Below are positions 1-12,968 of a stretch of DNA of 64,000 nucleotides, piece by piece. The notes beneath the pieces are model-generated. The model did not search any database and was not told the origin of the DNA. It was given only the letters and a program-made list of their open reading frames with translations. The stretch is from NCBI RefSeq assembly GCF_964204645.1, contig NC_134025.1, forward strand, positions 2,108,001 through 2,172,000, given 5' to 3'. The translations under genes were made by a program, and so were the position numbers. The DNA comes from Tubulanus polymorphus. Taxonomy: Eukaryota; Animalia; Nemertea. Numbering within the stretch: the first letter of the stretch is position 1; every line of letters begins with the position of its first letter.

Positions 1-3000
1 TTCTCCACTGGACCTACGAGCAGTTACTCTACTGGACCAACTAGTAGTTTCTCTACTGGGCCAACAACTGCAAGCATGTCTACTGGACCAACTAGCAGTT
101 TCTCTACTGGACCTACGAGCAGTTTCTCTACCGGACCAACTAGCAGTTTCTCTACCGGGCCAACTAGCAGTTTCTCGACAGGATCAACAAGTAGTGTGTC
201 TACTGGACCAACTAGCAGTTATTCAACCGGGCCAACTAGCAGTTTCTCCACTGGACCTACGAGCAGTTACTCCACGGGACCAACTAGTAGTTTCTCTACT
301 GGGCCAACAACTGCAAGCATGTCTACTGGACCAACTAGCAGTTTCTCTACTGGACCTACGAGCAGTTTCTCTACCGGACCAACTAGCAGTTTCTCTACAG
401 GATCAACAAGTAGTGTGTCTACTGGACCAACTAGTAGTTCCTCTACAGGATCAACAAGTAGTGTGTCTACTGGACCAACTAGCAGTTACTCAACCGGGCC
501 AACTAGCAGTTTCTCCACTGGACCTACGAGCAGTTACTCTACTGGACCTACGAGCAGTTTCTCTACCGGACCAACTAGCAGTTTCTCGACAGGATCAACA
601 AGTAGTGTGTCTACTGGACCAACTAGCAGTTATTCAACCGGGCCAACTAGCAGTTTCTCCACTGGACCTACGAGCAGTTACTCCACGGGACCAACTAGTA
701 GTTTCTCTACTGGGCCAACAACTCCAAGCGTGTCTACTGGACCAACTAGCAGTTACTCATCTGGGCCAACTAGCAGTTTCTCCACTGGACCTACGAGCAG
801 TTACTCTACTGGTCCAACTAGTAGTTTCTCTACTGGGCCAACAACTGCAAGCATGTCTACTGGACCAACTAGCAGTTTCTCTACTGGACCTACGAGCAGT
901 TTCTCTACCGGACCAACTAGCAGTTTCTCTACCGGGCCAACTAGCAGTTTCTCGACAGGGTCAACAAGTAGTGTGTCTACTGGACCAACTAGCAGTTACT
1001 CAACCGGGCCAACTAGCAGTTTCTCCACTGGACCTACGAGCAGTTACTCTACTGGACCTACGAGCAGTTTCTCTACCGGACCAACTAGCAGTTTCTCTAC
1101 CGGACCAACTAGCAGTTTCTCGACAGGATCAACAAGTAGTGTGTCTACTGGACCAACTAGCAGTTACTCAACCGGGCCAACTAGCAGTTTCTCTACCGGG
1201 CCAACTAGCAGTTACTCTACTGGACCTACGAGCAGTTTCTCTACCGGACCAACTAGCAGTTTCTCGACAGGATCAACAAGTAGTGTGTCTACTGGACCAA
1301 CTAGTAGTTTCTCTACTGGGCCAACAACTGCAAGCATGTCTACTGGACCAACTAGCAGTTTCTCTACAGGACCTACGAGCAGTTTCTCTACCGGACTAAC
1401 TAGCAGTTTCTCGACAGGATCAACCAGTAGTGTATCTACTGGACCAACTAGCAGTTTCTCCACTGGACCTACGAGCAGTTACTCTACTGGACCAACTAGT
1501 AGTATCTCTACTGGGCCAACAACTCCAAGCATGTCTACTGGATCAATGAGTAGTGTCTCCACCGGACCAACTAGCAGTTTCTCTACCGGGCCAACTAGCA
1601 GTTTCTCCACTGGACCTACGAGCAGTTTCTCTACCGGGCCAACAACTGCAAGCATGTCTACTGGACCAACTAGCAGTTTCTCTACAGGACCTACGAGCAG
1701 TTTCTCTACCGGACCAACTAGCAGTTTCTCTACTGGGCCAACAACTTCAAGCATGTCTACTGGACCAACTAGCAGTTTCTCTACTGGACCTACGAGCAGT
1801 TTCTCTACCGGACCAACTAGCAGTTTCTCTACCGGGCCAACTAGCAGTTTCTCGACAGGATCAACAAGTAGTGTGTCTACTGGACCAACTAGCAGTTACT
1901 CAACCGGACCAACTAGCAGTTTCTCTACCGGACCAACTAGCAGTTTCTCGACAGGATCAACAAGTAGTGTATCTACTGGACCAACTAGCAGTTACTCAAC
2001 CGGGCCAACTAGCAGTTTCTCCACTGGACCTACGAGCAGTTACTCTACTGGACCTACGAGCAGTTTCTCTACCGGACCAACTAGCAGTTTCTCGACAGGA
2101 TCAACAAGTAGTGTGTCTACTGGGCCAACTAGCAGTTTCTCCACTGGACCTACGAGCAGTTACTCCACGGGACCAACTAGCAGTTTCTCTACTGGGCCAA
2201 CAACTGCAAGCGTGTCTACTGGACCAACTAGCAGTTACTCAACTGGGCCAACTAGCAGTTTCTCCACTGGACCTACGAGCAGTTACTCTACTGGACCAAC
2301 AAGTAGTTTCTCTACTGGGCCAACAACTGCAAGCATGTCTACTGGACCAACTAGCAGTTTCTCTACTGGACCTACGAGCAGTTTCTCTACCGGACCAACT
2401 AGCAGTTTCTCTACCGGGCCAACTAGCAGTTTCTCGACAGGATCAACAAGTAGTGTGTCTACTGGACCAACTAGCAGTTATTCAACCGGGCCAACTAGCA
2501 GTTTCTCCACTGGACCTACGAGCAGTTACTCCACGGGACCAACTAGTAGTTTCTCTACTGGGCCAACAACTGCAAGCGTGTCTACTGGACCAACTAGCAG
2601 TTACTCAACTGGGCCAACTAGCAGTTTCTCCACTGGACCTACGAGCAGTTACTCTACTGGACCAACTAGTAGTTTCTCTACTGGGCCAACAACTGCAAGC
2701 ATGTCTACTGGACCAACTAGCAGTTTCTCTACTGGACCTACGAGCAGTTTCTCTACCGGACCAACTAGCAGTCTCTCTACCGGGCCAACTAGCAGTTTCT
2801 CGACAGGATCAACAAGTAGTGTGTCTACTGGACCAACTAGCAGTTATTCAACCGGGCCAACTAGCAGTTACTCCACTGGACCTACGAGCAGTTACTCCAC
2901 GGGACCAACTAGTAGTTTCTCTACTGGGCCAACAACTGCAAGCGTGTCTACTGGACCAACTAGCAGTTACTCAACTGGGCCAACTAGCAGTTTCTCCACT

Positions 3001-4255
3001 GGACCTACGAGCAGTTACTCTACTGGACCAACTAGCAGTTTCTCTACCGAGCAAACTAGTAGTTTCTCTACTGAGCCTACGAGCAGTTACTCTACTGGAC
3101 CTACGAGCAGTTACTCTACTGGACCAACTAGCAGTTTCTCTACCGAGCAAACTAGTAGTTTCTCTACTGAGCCTACGAGCAGTTATTCTACTGGACCTAC
3201 GAGCAGTTTCTCTACCGGACCAACTAGCAGTTTCTCTACCGGGCCAACTAGCAGTTTCTCGACAGGATCAACAAGTAGTGTGTCTACTGGACCAACTAGC
3301 AGTTATTCAACCGGGCCAACTAGCAGTTTCTCCACTGGACCTACGAGCAGTTACTCCACGGGACCAACTAGTAGTTTCTCTACTAGGCCAACAACTCCAA
3401 GCGTGTCTACTGGACCAACTAGCAGTTACTCAACTGGGCCAACTAGCAGTTTCTCCACTGGACCTACGAGCAGTTACTCTACTGGACCAACTAGTAGTTT
3501 CTCTACTGGGCCAACAACTGCAAGCATGTCTACTGGACCAACTAGCAGTTTCTCTACTGGACCTACGAGCAGTTTCTCTACCGGACCAACTAGCAGTTTC
3601 TCTACCGGGCCAACTAGCAGTTTCTCGACAGGATCAACAAGTAGTGTGTCTCCTGGACCAACTAGCAGTTATTCAACCGGGCCAACTAGCAGTTTCTCCA
3701 CTGGACCTACGAGCAGTTACTCCACGGGACCAACTAGTAGTTTCTCTACTGGGCCAACAACTGCAAGCGTGTCTACTGGACCAACTAGCAGTTACTCAAC
3801 TGGGCCAACTAGCAGTTTCTCCACTGGACCTACGAGCAGTTACTCTACGGGACCAACTAGTAGTTACTCTACTGGGCCAACATCTGCAAGTGTGTCTACT
3901 GGACCAACTAGCAGTTATTCAACCGGGCCAACTAGCAGTTTCTCCACTGGACCTACGAGCAGTTACTCTACTGGACCAACTAGCAGTTACTCTACGGGAC
4001 CAACTAGTAGTTTCTCTACTGGGCCAACATCTGCAAGTGTGTCTACTGGACCAACTAGCAGTTATTCAACCGGGCCAACTAGCAGTTTCTCCACTGGACC
4101 TACGAGCAGTTACTCTACTGGACCAACTAGCAGTTACTCTACGGGACCAACTAGTAGTTTCTCTACTGGACCAACCACTCCAAGCATGTCTACTGGATCT
4201 ACGAGCAGTTTTTCTACTGGAACAAGTAGTAGTTTCTCTACTCAATCTTCGAGCC
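1..4255 (+). repeat. Coding tandem repeat exon of gene A: 24-bp unit STGPTSS(F/Y/V) with interspersed 27-bp STGPTTAS(M/V) units (mucin PTS-like)
   Basis: One open frame across 1-4255 ending at donor C|GTATGT. Variation is mostly at third codon positions. Roughly 175 units in the window. Confidence 0.93.
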
Positions 4256-7200
4256 GTATGTTATGCTATAGAATACACAGTTGGCGGTATATCGGGGGCA
4301 GACTGTATAATATCTAGGTTTTTGAATGAGGGATTCAGTATTGCCTCGAATCAATGGAATTTACAAAATCTATCAGGTGTTATCAATATATTGTATAATT
4401 TAAATTGCAGATGTTCTGGTAGACTGTTAATTATCCTCGATATACCTTACCTAAAAGTTGTCACGTGTAGAAATAATAGCAATTAAACAAAAATGAAGAC
4501 TTCAAAATCTCCCTTTTACCATCACACTCGCAGAAACTCGATGAAACTTTCGAACTTGGCACCCATACCAAGGAAATGTATATGTTCGCTTATCGTTCTG
4601 CAGCCCATATACCCATCAGAAATTATTTCGTTGTTCACGAGTTAATTTCCCATTAATCTTGTAATTGATTGTGTAAAATTTGTACACGATATTGCCGCAA
4701 GTATCAAGTGATTGTTATTATCAAGCGATAAATACAGATATCAAGCTGCAGCCACGACCAACCTTCGTTGCATCAGCTGTTACTATGTATACACATTTAT
4801 GATTTATCACGTATTCTCTTTTTGTTTATAGCTACTACCACGCAATGCCCTCAGAATCAGTATGTCTGTGGAAATGGAATGTGCATAGATCCAACCAAGG
4901 TAAGGTTGATAAGCTAAAAAATTGCAGTTATATATGCATATAAATTTCGTACATCTACGCTTTCAGTACTCAATCATAGCGTCTACATAATGCATCATCC
5001 GGCAGTACATGTAAATGATATAAATTATATATATGTATATATAAATATGTATATATTAAAGGTATGTGATGATGTTTGCGATTGCGGTAACGGCACAAGT
5101 TGTGATGACGAGAATAAATGTCACAAAAGTAATTATGTTATTTTTTATCTAATGTATCGGGGAAGGCAAATAAATATATAACTGTAATCGGGGAAACGTG
5201 TAGTATTCCTGCATAGTATATAAATACGCTGTGTGCATAATTTACAGATTGTTCGGACACGAAAGAATGGAATTCGTGTATCAATGCACATCCACGTACC
5301 TGCAGTGATCTCAGAAAAGCACAAAAAGAGTTATTGACCGAGACGTAAGTTATTAAACTATTTTGCATAAGTAAAGAGGTATACACTTAATCTTGAGTTG
5401 GATGGCTTATTCACTCAATATTTCTTGTATTCATCGTGAATATAGCGATCCAGAAAAATGACTTACTCTGTTATCTTCCATAAACGGTACTACTAATCTA
5501 TCAATCTGATTATATACTTAGATGTAAACCTGGATGTGCTTGCCCGGCTGGAAGTTATGAGAATAGCAACGGTACATGTGTCACTGTCTGCCCTTGTATA
5601 CATGATGGTATTCAGTATGAAGCTTATGAGGAAATTCCAACTCCAGATAGTTGTGAAAAATGGTACGGAACTATTAAGGGTGGTACATGATAATATATAT
5701 GGTCTTATGTCATGTCTGAGAACAAGGTGTAAAACCTGTTATGAAGTAGGTATGCTTATACCTGTATTTGTTTGATATTTCAGTACCTGTGGAGTAAATG
5801 GAACCGTTTCGTGTACACATGCTTGCGGTGATTGGTCAAGTTGGTCAAACTGTTCTAACGACTGTAATGGTGGTACACGAACAAAAACCAGAACTTGTCA
5901 GAAAGATATGGGTCTTAGCTCCGGAAAGCAGTGCAGTGCCTCTGAAGAATTGAGTGAAACCTGCAACGAGGATCCATGTCCGCGTACGTTATCGAACTTG
6001 TTTTATCACGCAAGGTGTTCAAAAATGTCTATGACGCGTTCCTTAATTTTATAGATACTAATTGAAATTTTGCAGGCAATTGCACCCATGGTAAATGGAG
6101 TCAGTGGGCGCCTTGTACACAAACATGTGGAAATGGTTTAAGTACCCGAACAAGAAATATTACTCAAAAAGCTGAATATAATGGAAAGGATTGCGAGGAT
6201 TCATCATTAATTGAAGAGAAATCCTGTGGTCTACCAGCTTGTAACGAAAGTAAGAATCAAAGCAACACATTTTCATATGTACATCAAAGTATTAACCTTC
6301 GTTACACCTAATGTTGGTTTGTTTTTCCCTTCCAGCATGTCCACCTGGTCAGGTAATGACTAACTGTTCCAATGAGTGTCCATTAACATGCGAACATAAA
6401 TCAGAGGAGATCAGTTGCGTACAAGCCGATGCTTGTAAACCTGGTTGCAAATGCCCACCTGGAAAGCTTTTACACAATAATATCTGTGTGAATGAGACGG
6501 AATGTCCTTGCCCGTTTGATATGAGCATTTTCTCTACACCAAAACAAAGAATAACAACTCTTCTTTCAACACTGAGTCCATCAGGACCAGGAGGAGCTAC
6601 ACCGTCAGGACCAGGAGGAGCTACACCATCAGGACCAGGAGGTGCTACACCATCTGGACCAGGAGGAGCTACACCATCAGGACCAGGAGGTGCTACACCA
6701 TCAGGACCAGGAGGAGCTACACCATCAGGACCGGGAGGAGCTACACCATCAGGACCGGGAGGAGCTACACCATCAGGACCAGGCGGAGCTACACCATCAG
6801 GACCGGGAGGAGCTACACCATCAGGACCAGGAGGTGCTACACCATCTGGACCAGGAGGAGCTACACCATCAGGACCAGGAGGTGCTACACCATCAGGACC
6901 AGGAGGTGCTACCCCATCAGGACCAGGAGGAGCTACACCATCAGGACCGGGAGGAGCTACACCATCAGGACCGGGAGGAGCTACACCATCAGGACCGGGA
7001 GGAGCTACACCATCAGGACCAGGAGGTGCTACACCATCAGGACCGGGAGGAGCTACACCATCAGGACCAGGAGGTGCTACACCATCAGGACCGGGAGGTG
7101 CTACACCATCAGGACCGGGAGGTGCTACACCATCAGGACCGGGAGGTGCTACACCATCAGGACCGGGAGGTGCTACACCATCAGGACCGGGAGGTGCTAC

Positions 7201-10200
7201 ACCATCAGGACCGGGAGGAGCTACACCATCTGGACCAGGAGGTGCTACACCATCAGGACCAGGAGGAGCTACACCATCAGGACCGGGAGGAGCTACACCA
7301 TCAGGACCAGGAGGAGCTACACCATCAGGACCAGGAGGAGCTACACCATCGGGAACGCCACCCACGCACCTAGTACCTGGAGAATACATTATATATGACT
7401 GTTATAATTGGTAAGTGATGTAGTTGTGCGGCAGGGATTATCACATAATTCAATCCTGCGTTGTAGAAATAGGATTGTGGTTATAAATTTCATATAGGGC
7501 TTGCTACAGGTCCCCTGGTGTATGTCGTCTGTTTAAATGATAAAATGAAAGTAAATGATTTGACTAATTGATTTTCAGCACATGCGAAGCGGGAAAAACA
7601 CACTGTGAACCATTAAATTGCTCTAAAGATGGAAATTGGTCACCATGGACGTCTTGGACAAATTGCTCTGCGTCTTGTGGACCAGGAACTGTCAAAAGAT
7701 ACAGGTAATTTATCTGAAAGTATGATCTATTATCTCATGATTAATCATCGTTATCAAGTTTCCGGGCTTTTTCATTGCAGATATTGCAATAACCCCAAAC
7801 CTGAAAATGGTGGTGCTGACTGTAAAGGAAATTCGTCCGAAGAACTTCTATGTGAAACTTCAAAATGTCCGTGTGTATTTGACGTGGATACAATTAAGCG
7901 CGAACTAGGTGTTACTGATGACAATATTCCTACCGCGTGGATAGAAAAAGATTCCGTTCCAGGTTTAACATCAGGGGACGAAACTGTTGACTTAAGAACA
8001 GGACACCAGGTAGAAAATGGTGTAACTGTGTTAATGGAGTGCTACGAATGGTAATATCAATATTCCTATATTTTGGGGATGTTTCTTTATATCACACAAC
8101 TTGAGCAGAAATCACAATGCGTTAAATTTAGATATGTTATTCAGATATGTTTTTATATCGTCAACAGCTTGACCAACTTGTCCAATTATGATTTGATTAA
8201 AAAGAAGTTTTCTACATCTTGATTTTCAAATCGACTTGTTTTTCAGCGTATGTATTGATGGCGTTACATCATGCACCAACAAGAGTTGCGGCGATGATTG
8301 TACCTGGAATCACTGGTCCACTTGGACAAACTGTTCCAAGGAATGCGACACCGGAACCAGGAGCAGAGAAAGAACTTTTAATCCAGCTACCGGTTCAGGC
8401 AATGCATGTATTGGAAAATCGAATGACACCGAATTTTGTAATATAGATGAATGCAAAAGTAAGACACAATTAAAATTAATTACTACGCAATATCGTTTGA
8501 TTCTTACTATATATTTATCATAATAAAATGAACATTTTAGCCGATGGTAATTGGTCACCATGGGGCTCATGGACACCATGTAGCGCTACTTGTAACGGTG
8601 GAACTACATATAGGACTAGAAATTGCACCAACCCACCGCCAGAAGGTGCAGGAAAGTACTGCGAAGGAAACTCGACGTTGGTCATGCAGTGTAATCCCGA
8701 AAAGTGTACAGGTATCTAAACTTCATTTCACGAATACGTTTACGTTCAAAATGTAACCGAAAATGTATCATACCCTTAAATATTTTTCAGATAAATGCAC
8801 TGATGGCAAAATATTCTCGAATTGTTCAAATATATGTCCACTCACATGTATGGACATTTCGAATGACAAAACTGCATGCGTCGAAGATGAAAATTGCGTT
8901 CCTGGCTGCAAGTGTCCAAATGGAGAGGTTCTCCATAATGGAACTTGTGTCAAACGTGACGAATGTCCCTGCTATGACCCTGATACGGGAAAAGAAATTA
9001 CTCCGGGCAGTATAGACAATAGTGACCCGTGTAAAAAGTGGTATGTAGATGATATATCTAATTCGCCTTTTTCACTATGAATTATAAATTTTGTTTGTAT
9101 GTAATGTTCACGATTTCTGAATTTACGTCATCTCATCGTTTGGTAGTAAATAGTTCAATTTACTTGCTTCTGATCTCCAGAAAAGATAAATATCCCAGTT
9201 CGATGAATACGTATGTGTTAATAAATACACTCCTTATCTAGAGAATAGCCATCATTGTTTTCATCAGTCTTACTTCAAATACTATTTTAGCGAGTGCAAA
9301 AATGGAAAACTTAATTGCACAACAGTTAATTGTGACATTGACTGTGTCTGGGCTAAGTGGACGAAATGGACAGATTGTTCAGAAGACTGTGGCAAGGGCA
9401 AGCAAGTGAGAAGCCGTGTGATAGAAACACCCCCTCAGGGCAATGGAATCACATGCAATGGAGATGACTTCGAAACCAAGGATTGTGAAATTCTTGAATG
9501 CAAGCCGTGCGTTGATTCTGCTGGTAGAACTTACTCAGCAGGACAATCAGTTCCGTCGGATAACGATAAATGCGAAGTATGGTACGTAAATATGGAGAGT
9601 CGTGTGCCATTTCTAGTGTATCTCGAGGCGAATTCCATATCTATTTCAAAGGGGTAACTAAATTAGATTAATGAAGTTCTTACATCAATTTCTGTTTTAG
9701 TCAATGTTATCCAAATGGTACAATATGCCGACCAAGAGGTGGAGCCAAAGGTATATACTTAAGCTTCTGAAATGCTAACAGGCCTACATCTATTTACAGT
9801 TCAGTATCTTGAAACATGTATTTATAACTAAAGCATCATGTTTTGCCGGTTTCTTTTAGTTGATGGTGATTGGAAAGAGTGGACACAATGGTCGGTATGT
9901 TCGTCCAACTGTAAGGGTGGCCGTAGACATCGCAGCCGATCATGCTCGAACCCAGTTCCACAGTGTGATGGAAAACCTTGTACCGGCAATTCGACCGAAG
10001 ATGAAAGTTGCAACGACGACAAAGAATGTCCAAGTACGTATGGATCCATTCAGTCCCCAACGAACTACTATAAAATCGGTTATGTATTCATATTCTGTAT
10101 TAAATAGCTGATGGAGAATGGTGTTCATGGTCATCATGGTCAGATTGTAGTGCAACTTGTGATAACGCCACCAACACCAGAAATCGTACGTGTGGATGTC

Positions 10201-12744
10201 CTGAACCTGCTAATGGTGGTGCTAACTGCACTGGTGATGAAAAACAAGTTAACCAATGCACACTTAATGCATGTCCACAAAACTGCACAGTAAACGCATG
10301 GTCAGAATGGACGCCTTGTAGCTCTACTTGCGGAACGGGCATCAGAGAAAGAGAAAGGAACAAAACATCTGATGAAATCGAAGGCTACTGCCCGCACCTC
10401 AAAGAACAAGAACCGTGTAATGTGACATGTACCAATCGTAAGTTCATTTCATTCCGAATAAAAAACAATATCACTTCCTTCTGATTCACTGAATCACATA
10501 CACCATAAATCCTTGATAGTGATGTGGTGAGTGATTTTAACCATAACCAATATTGCAGATACATGTCCAGACCAACAAAAGTGGGACAATTGTTCGAACA
10601 TATGTGAAAAGACCTGCGATGATCTTAGAAACACTGAAGTTAGCTGTATCGAAGTCGACACTTGTGCCCCAGGTTGCAAATGTCCCGATGGCTTCGTCGA
10701 AGATGATGGAAAATGTGTGAAGAAGGAAGAGTGTTCATGTAAATGGGATCCTAATCTTTTCAACGATATAGACCAGCCAACCGATGCATCCGGAAAGCCT
10801 TTAGATTATCTTGATCCGGGATATGTCGTACAAGTTAAATGTAATAACTGGTAAGATGTTTGACCTGGTGAACTCTGATTCAGTCTCTTAAAGCTCTCAA
10901 TGCAAATTGTAACACGGAAATGATACATGTATATATTTCCATTGTTTACAGCACGTGCCAAAGCGGAAAGTTCGAATGTACGAACAAAGAATGTGACAGT
11001 ACGTATTATCACTCGTATATGTTTTGACATATAAAGCCCAACGCACACGGCACTGAAAAAACGTTTTTTTTTCAGTGCCGTGTGTGTTGGAGGCAAAACA
11101 CAAAACACCGAACTGAAAAACGTTTTTCACGAGCAAAAAACATTTTCGTGTTTTCTGTTTCGGCGAAACAAATTTTTTGCCGTGTGCGTTGGGCTTAAAA
11201 CTTTCGTCTGCAATCATTAATTGTTAATGCAATATTTCAGTTGACTGTGAACTAACTGATTGGGTGCCTGGTAAATGTTCGGTAACATGCGGAGAGGGTG
11301 TTCGTGAATACGAAAGAACTGTTGACCGCGAAAAACAGTATGATGGAAAAGAATGCGATAACTTTAGATATAAGAAAGAGAAATGTAATGTTGGGCCTTG
11401 CGGTAAGAAACTTTAATGTCAGTTGTATGAACCAAAACGTCATATACTGTATATGCATCGTTATGTCGATGCAAATTTACTCAAGATTTCATGAGACAGA
11501 TATTGCTCCTGATTCATCGAGGATTCTAGTCCGTTTCTTATACGAAAAACGATATTAGAACAATATGAAAGTGACGCACATCTTTCAAAATTATCAAATC
11601 ATTTTCATATACTTTGCAGTATGCGATGAGAATGAAGAATATGACACCACAAGTCGTTGTGAATCGATGTGCGATGACAGACAGGATCCAAATTTTACAG
11701 TCGCTACAAACTGTACTGAGCAGTGTAAATGTAAACCAGGTTACTACAGAGATGAGAAAACACTCAAATGTATCACCGGGGACAAATGTGACACGTGCGT
11801 CATTGATGGCGTAACTAAACAGGTAAATGTTGCTGAATGACTTATGCAAGGCTCGCGAGTTAAGAACCCTTAATGATTGTCTTTTTGAAATTAGCATATA
11901 TTAAAATTTCTACATGTTCGTTGTTTTACAGCCAGGTGAAACGTGGAATGGCGACGACGATAAATGTGAAGTATGCACGTGTTCGCTGGGGAAAACATCA
12001 TGCGAAGAACAAGGAAATCCTAACATTACCTGTCAGAGGGTGAGCTACATGTGTACAATAATCAAATGATGTTTCAGAAATGAATTATCACACCTGAACC
12101 TGCTTAACATAATATTTCCCCATTTTGATTCGCTAAAGGGAGAAACAAAAGAAAAGGTTTCGGGCACCAAAGACTGCTGGAAATGCAAAATCGAAGGTGA
12201 GAAAATATATTAGCACACACCCGATTGTGAATATCATCGATACCAAAATATCGCATCTCCTTATTTGACCATAAACCGATGTATTACTATATTACAGAAC
12301 CGCCACAGAATCCTTGCGCCAAGACAACGAAGAATATGAAGCTTTCCGAATTATTACCAGATGAATTAGGCTCATGCCCAGCAGCACAAACATTGGATGT
12401 AGAAATTCACGTTTGCGAAGGAGCATGCAAGCCGTCGTTTATGCGTGCAACTGTGTTGTTAGATAATATGGCTGTAAATCCAAAGTCTTCGTGTACTTGT
12501 TGTAAACCGTCTTCATTTGATGGCAGTGTAAAACATACCGTAAACTGCAACGGAAAAGATAATAGCATCGTAATACAAAAAATTAAATCATGCGATTGCA
12601 CATCATGTGGTAAGCATTCCGTTTGAATTTGAATTGTCACATCTATTGAACGATAAAACTGCATTGAATTGTTTCTTTTTTTTTACTTTTTACGCAGAAG
12701 ATTCCGGTTCGAATGTTACAAGCGGTCCTAGCGGAGGCCCATAG
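1..12744 (+). CDS. Gene A, 3' part (5'-incomplete): SCO-spondin-like/gel-forming-mucin-like secreted glycoprotein (PTS repeat, LDLa, TSP1 x10, TIL/VWC-like x5, CTCK)
   Basis: Manually spliced GT-AG exons with compatible phases: <1-4255, 4832-4899, 5062-5128, 5248-5344, 5522-5662, 5784-5983, 6076-6249, 6336-7410, 7579-7704, 7781-8050, 8247-8458, 8541-8711, 8791-9040, 9291-9581, 9701-9750, 9860-10033, 10108-10437, 10559-10850, 10952-10998, 11241-11402, 11620-11822, 11932-12039, 12139-12196, 12298-12609, 12698-12744 (TAG 12742-12744). TSP1 motifs such as [22 protein letters not shown] and TIL motifs such as [11 protein letters not shown]1+TIL+CTCK is the SCO-spondin C-terminal architecture. Confidence 0.85.
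4283..4307. mobile_element. Solo remnant resembling the right terminus of the TA-flanked MITE at 12969-13391
   Basis: ggcggtatatcgggggcagactgta resembles ggggtatatcgggggttgactgta (about 13370-13393). Confidence 0.45.
6578..7345 (+). repeat. Coding repeat (PSGPGGAT)32, 24-bp unit, inside exon 6336-7410 of gene A
   Basis: 768 bp = 32 x 24 bp. The peptide is invariant and only synonymous changes occur (cca/ccg, gga/ggt, tca/tct). Confidence 0.95.
11035..11195. mobile_element. Intronic MITE, PIF/Harbinger (Tourist)-like
   Basis: Perfect 18-bp TIR AGCCCAACGCACACGGCA / TGCCGTGTGCGTTGGGCT. TAA on both sides (11032-11034, 11196-11198). Internal hairpin at 11038-11090. Confidence 0.8.
12298..12609 (+). 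CDS. C-terminal cystine knot (CTCK) exon of gene A
   Basis: C...C...CEGAC...CTCCKP...C...SCDCTSC pattern typical of VWF/mucin/SCO-spondin CTCK. Confidence 0.9.
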
Positions 12745-12808
12745 ATGCCAGATGAAAGGAAACGAATTCTATTTATCGGATTTCTTTGTATCTCAAATTG
12801 TCATTTGA

Positions 12809-12814
12809 AATAAA
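12809..12814 (+). terminator. Polyadenylation signal of gene A
   Basis: AATAAA about 65 nt after the TAG stop, with a T-rich tract at about 12845-12870. Confidence 0.7.
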
Positions 12815-12968
12815 GTTAATCTCGTAACCAACAGATGAAGGACTTTCATTTTTTATTTCGTCTTTTATTGTCTCAAATTGCCTCCTTATGTGGTTGTGGT
12901 AAAGAAACTGTCCTCATTATGGAAACATCGTACTTTTATTGGACAAGAATTTATGACAATTCATGGTA

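Noticed and set aside
194-4486. (LDQLAVS)n and minus-strand (VEKLLVGP)n ORFs
   Set aside because: Off-frame or antisense readings of the STGPTSSF repeat.
6349-7389. (GVAPPGPD)n minus ORF, (HHQDQEEL)n ORF, and a collagen interpretation of the Gly/Pro repeat
   Set aside because: Shadows of (PSGPGGAT)n. The period is 8, not Gly-X-Y.
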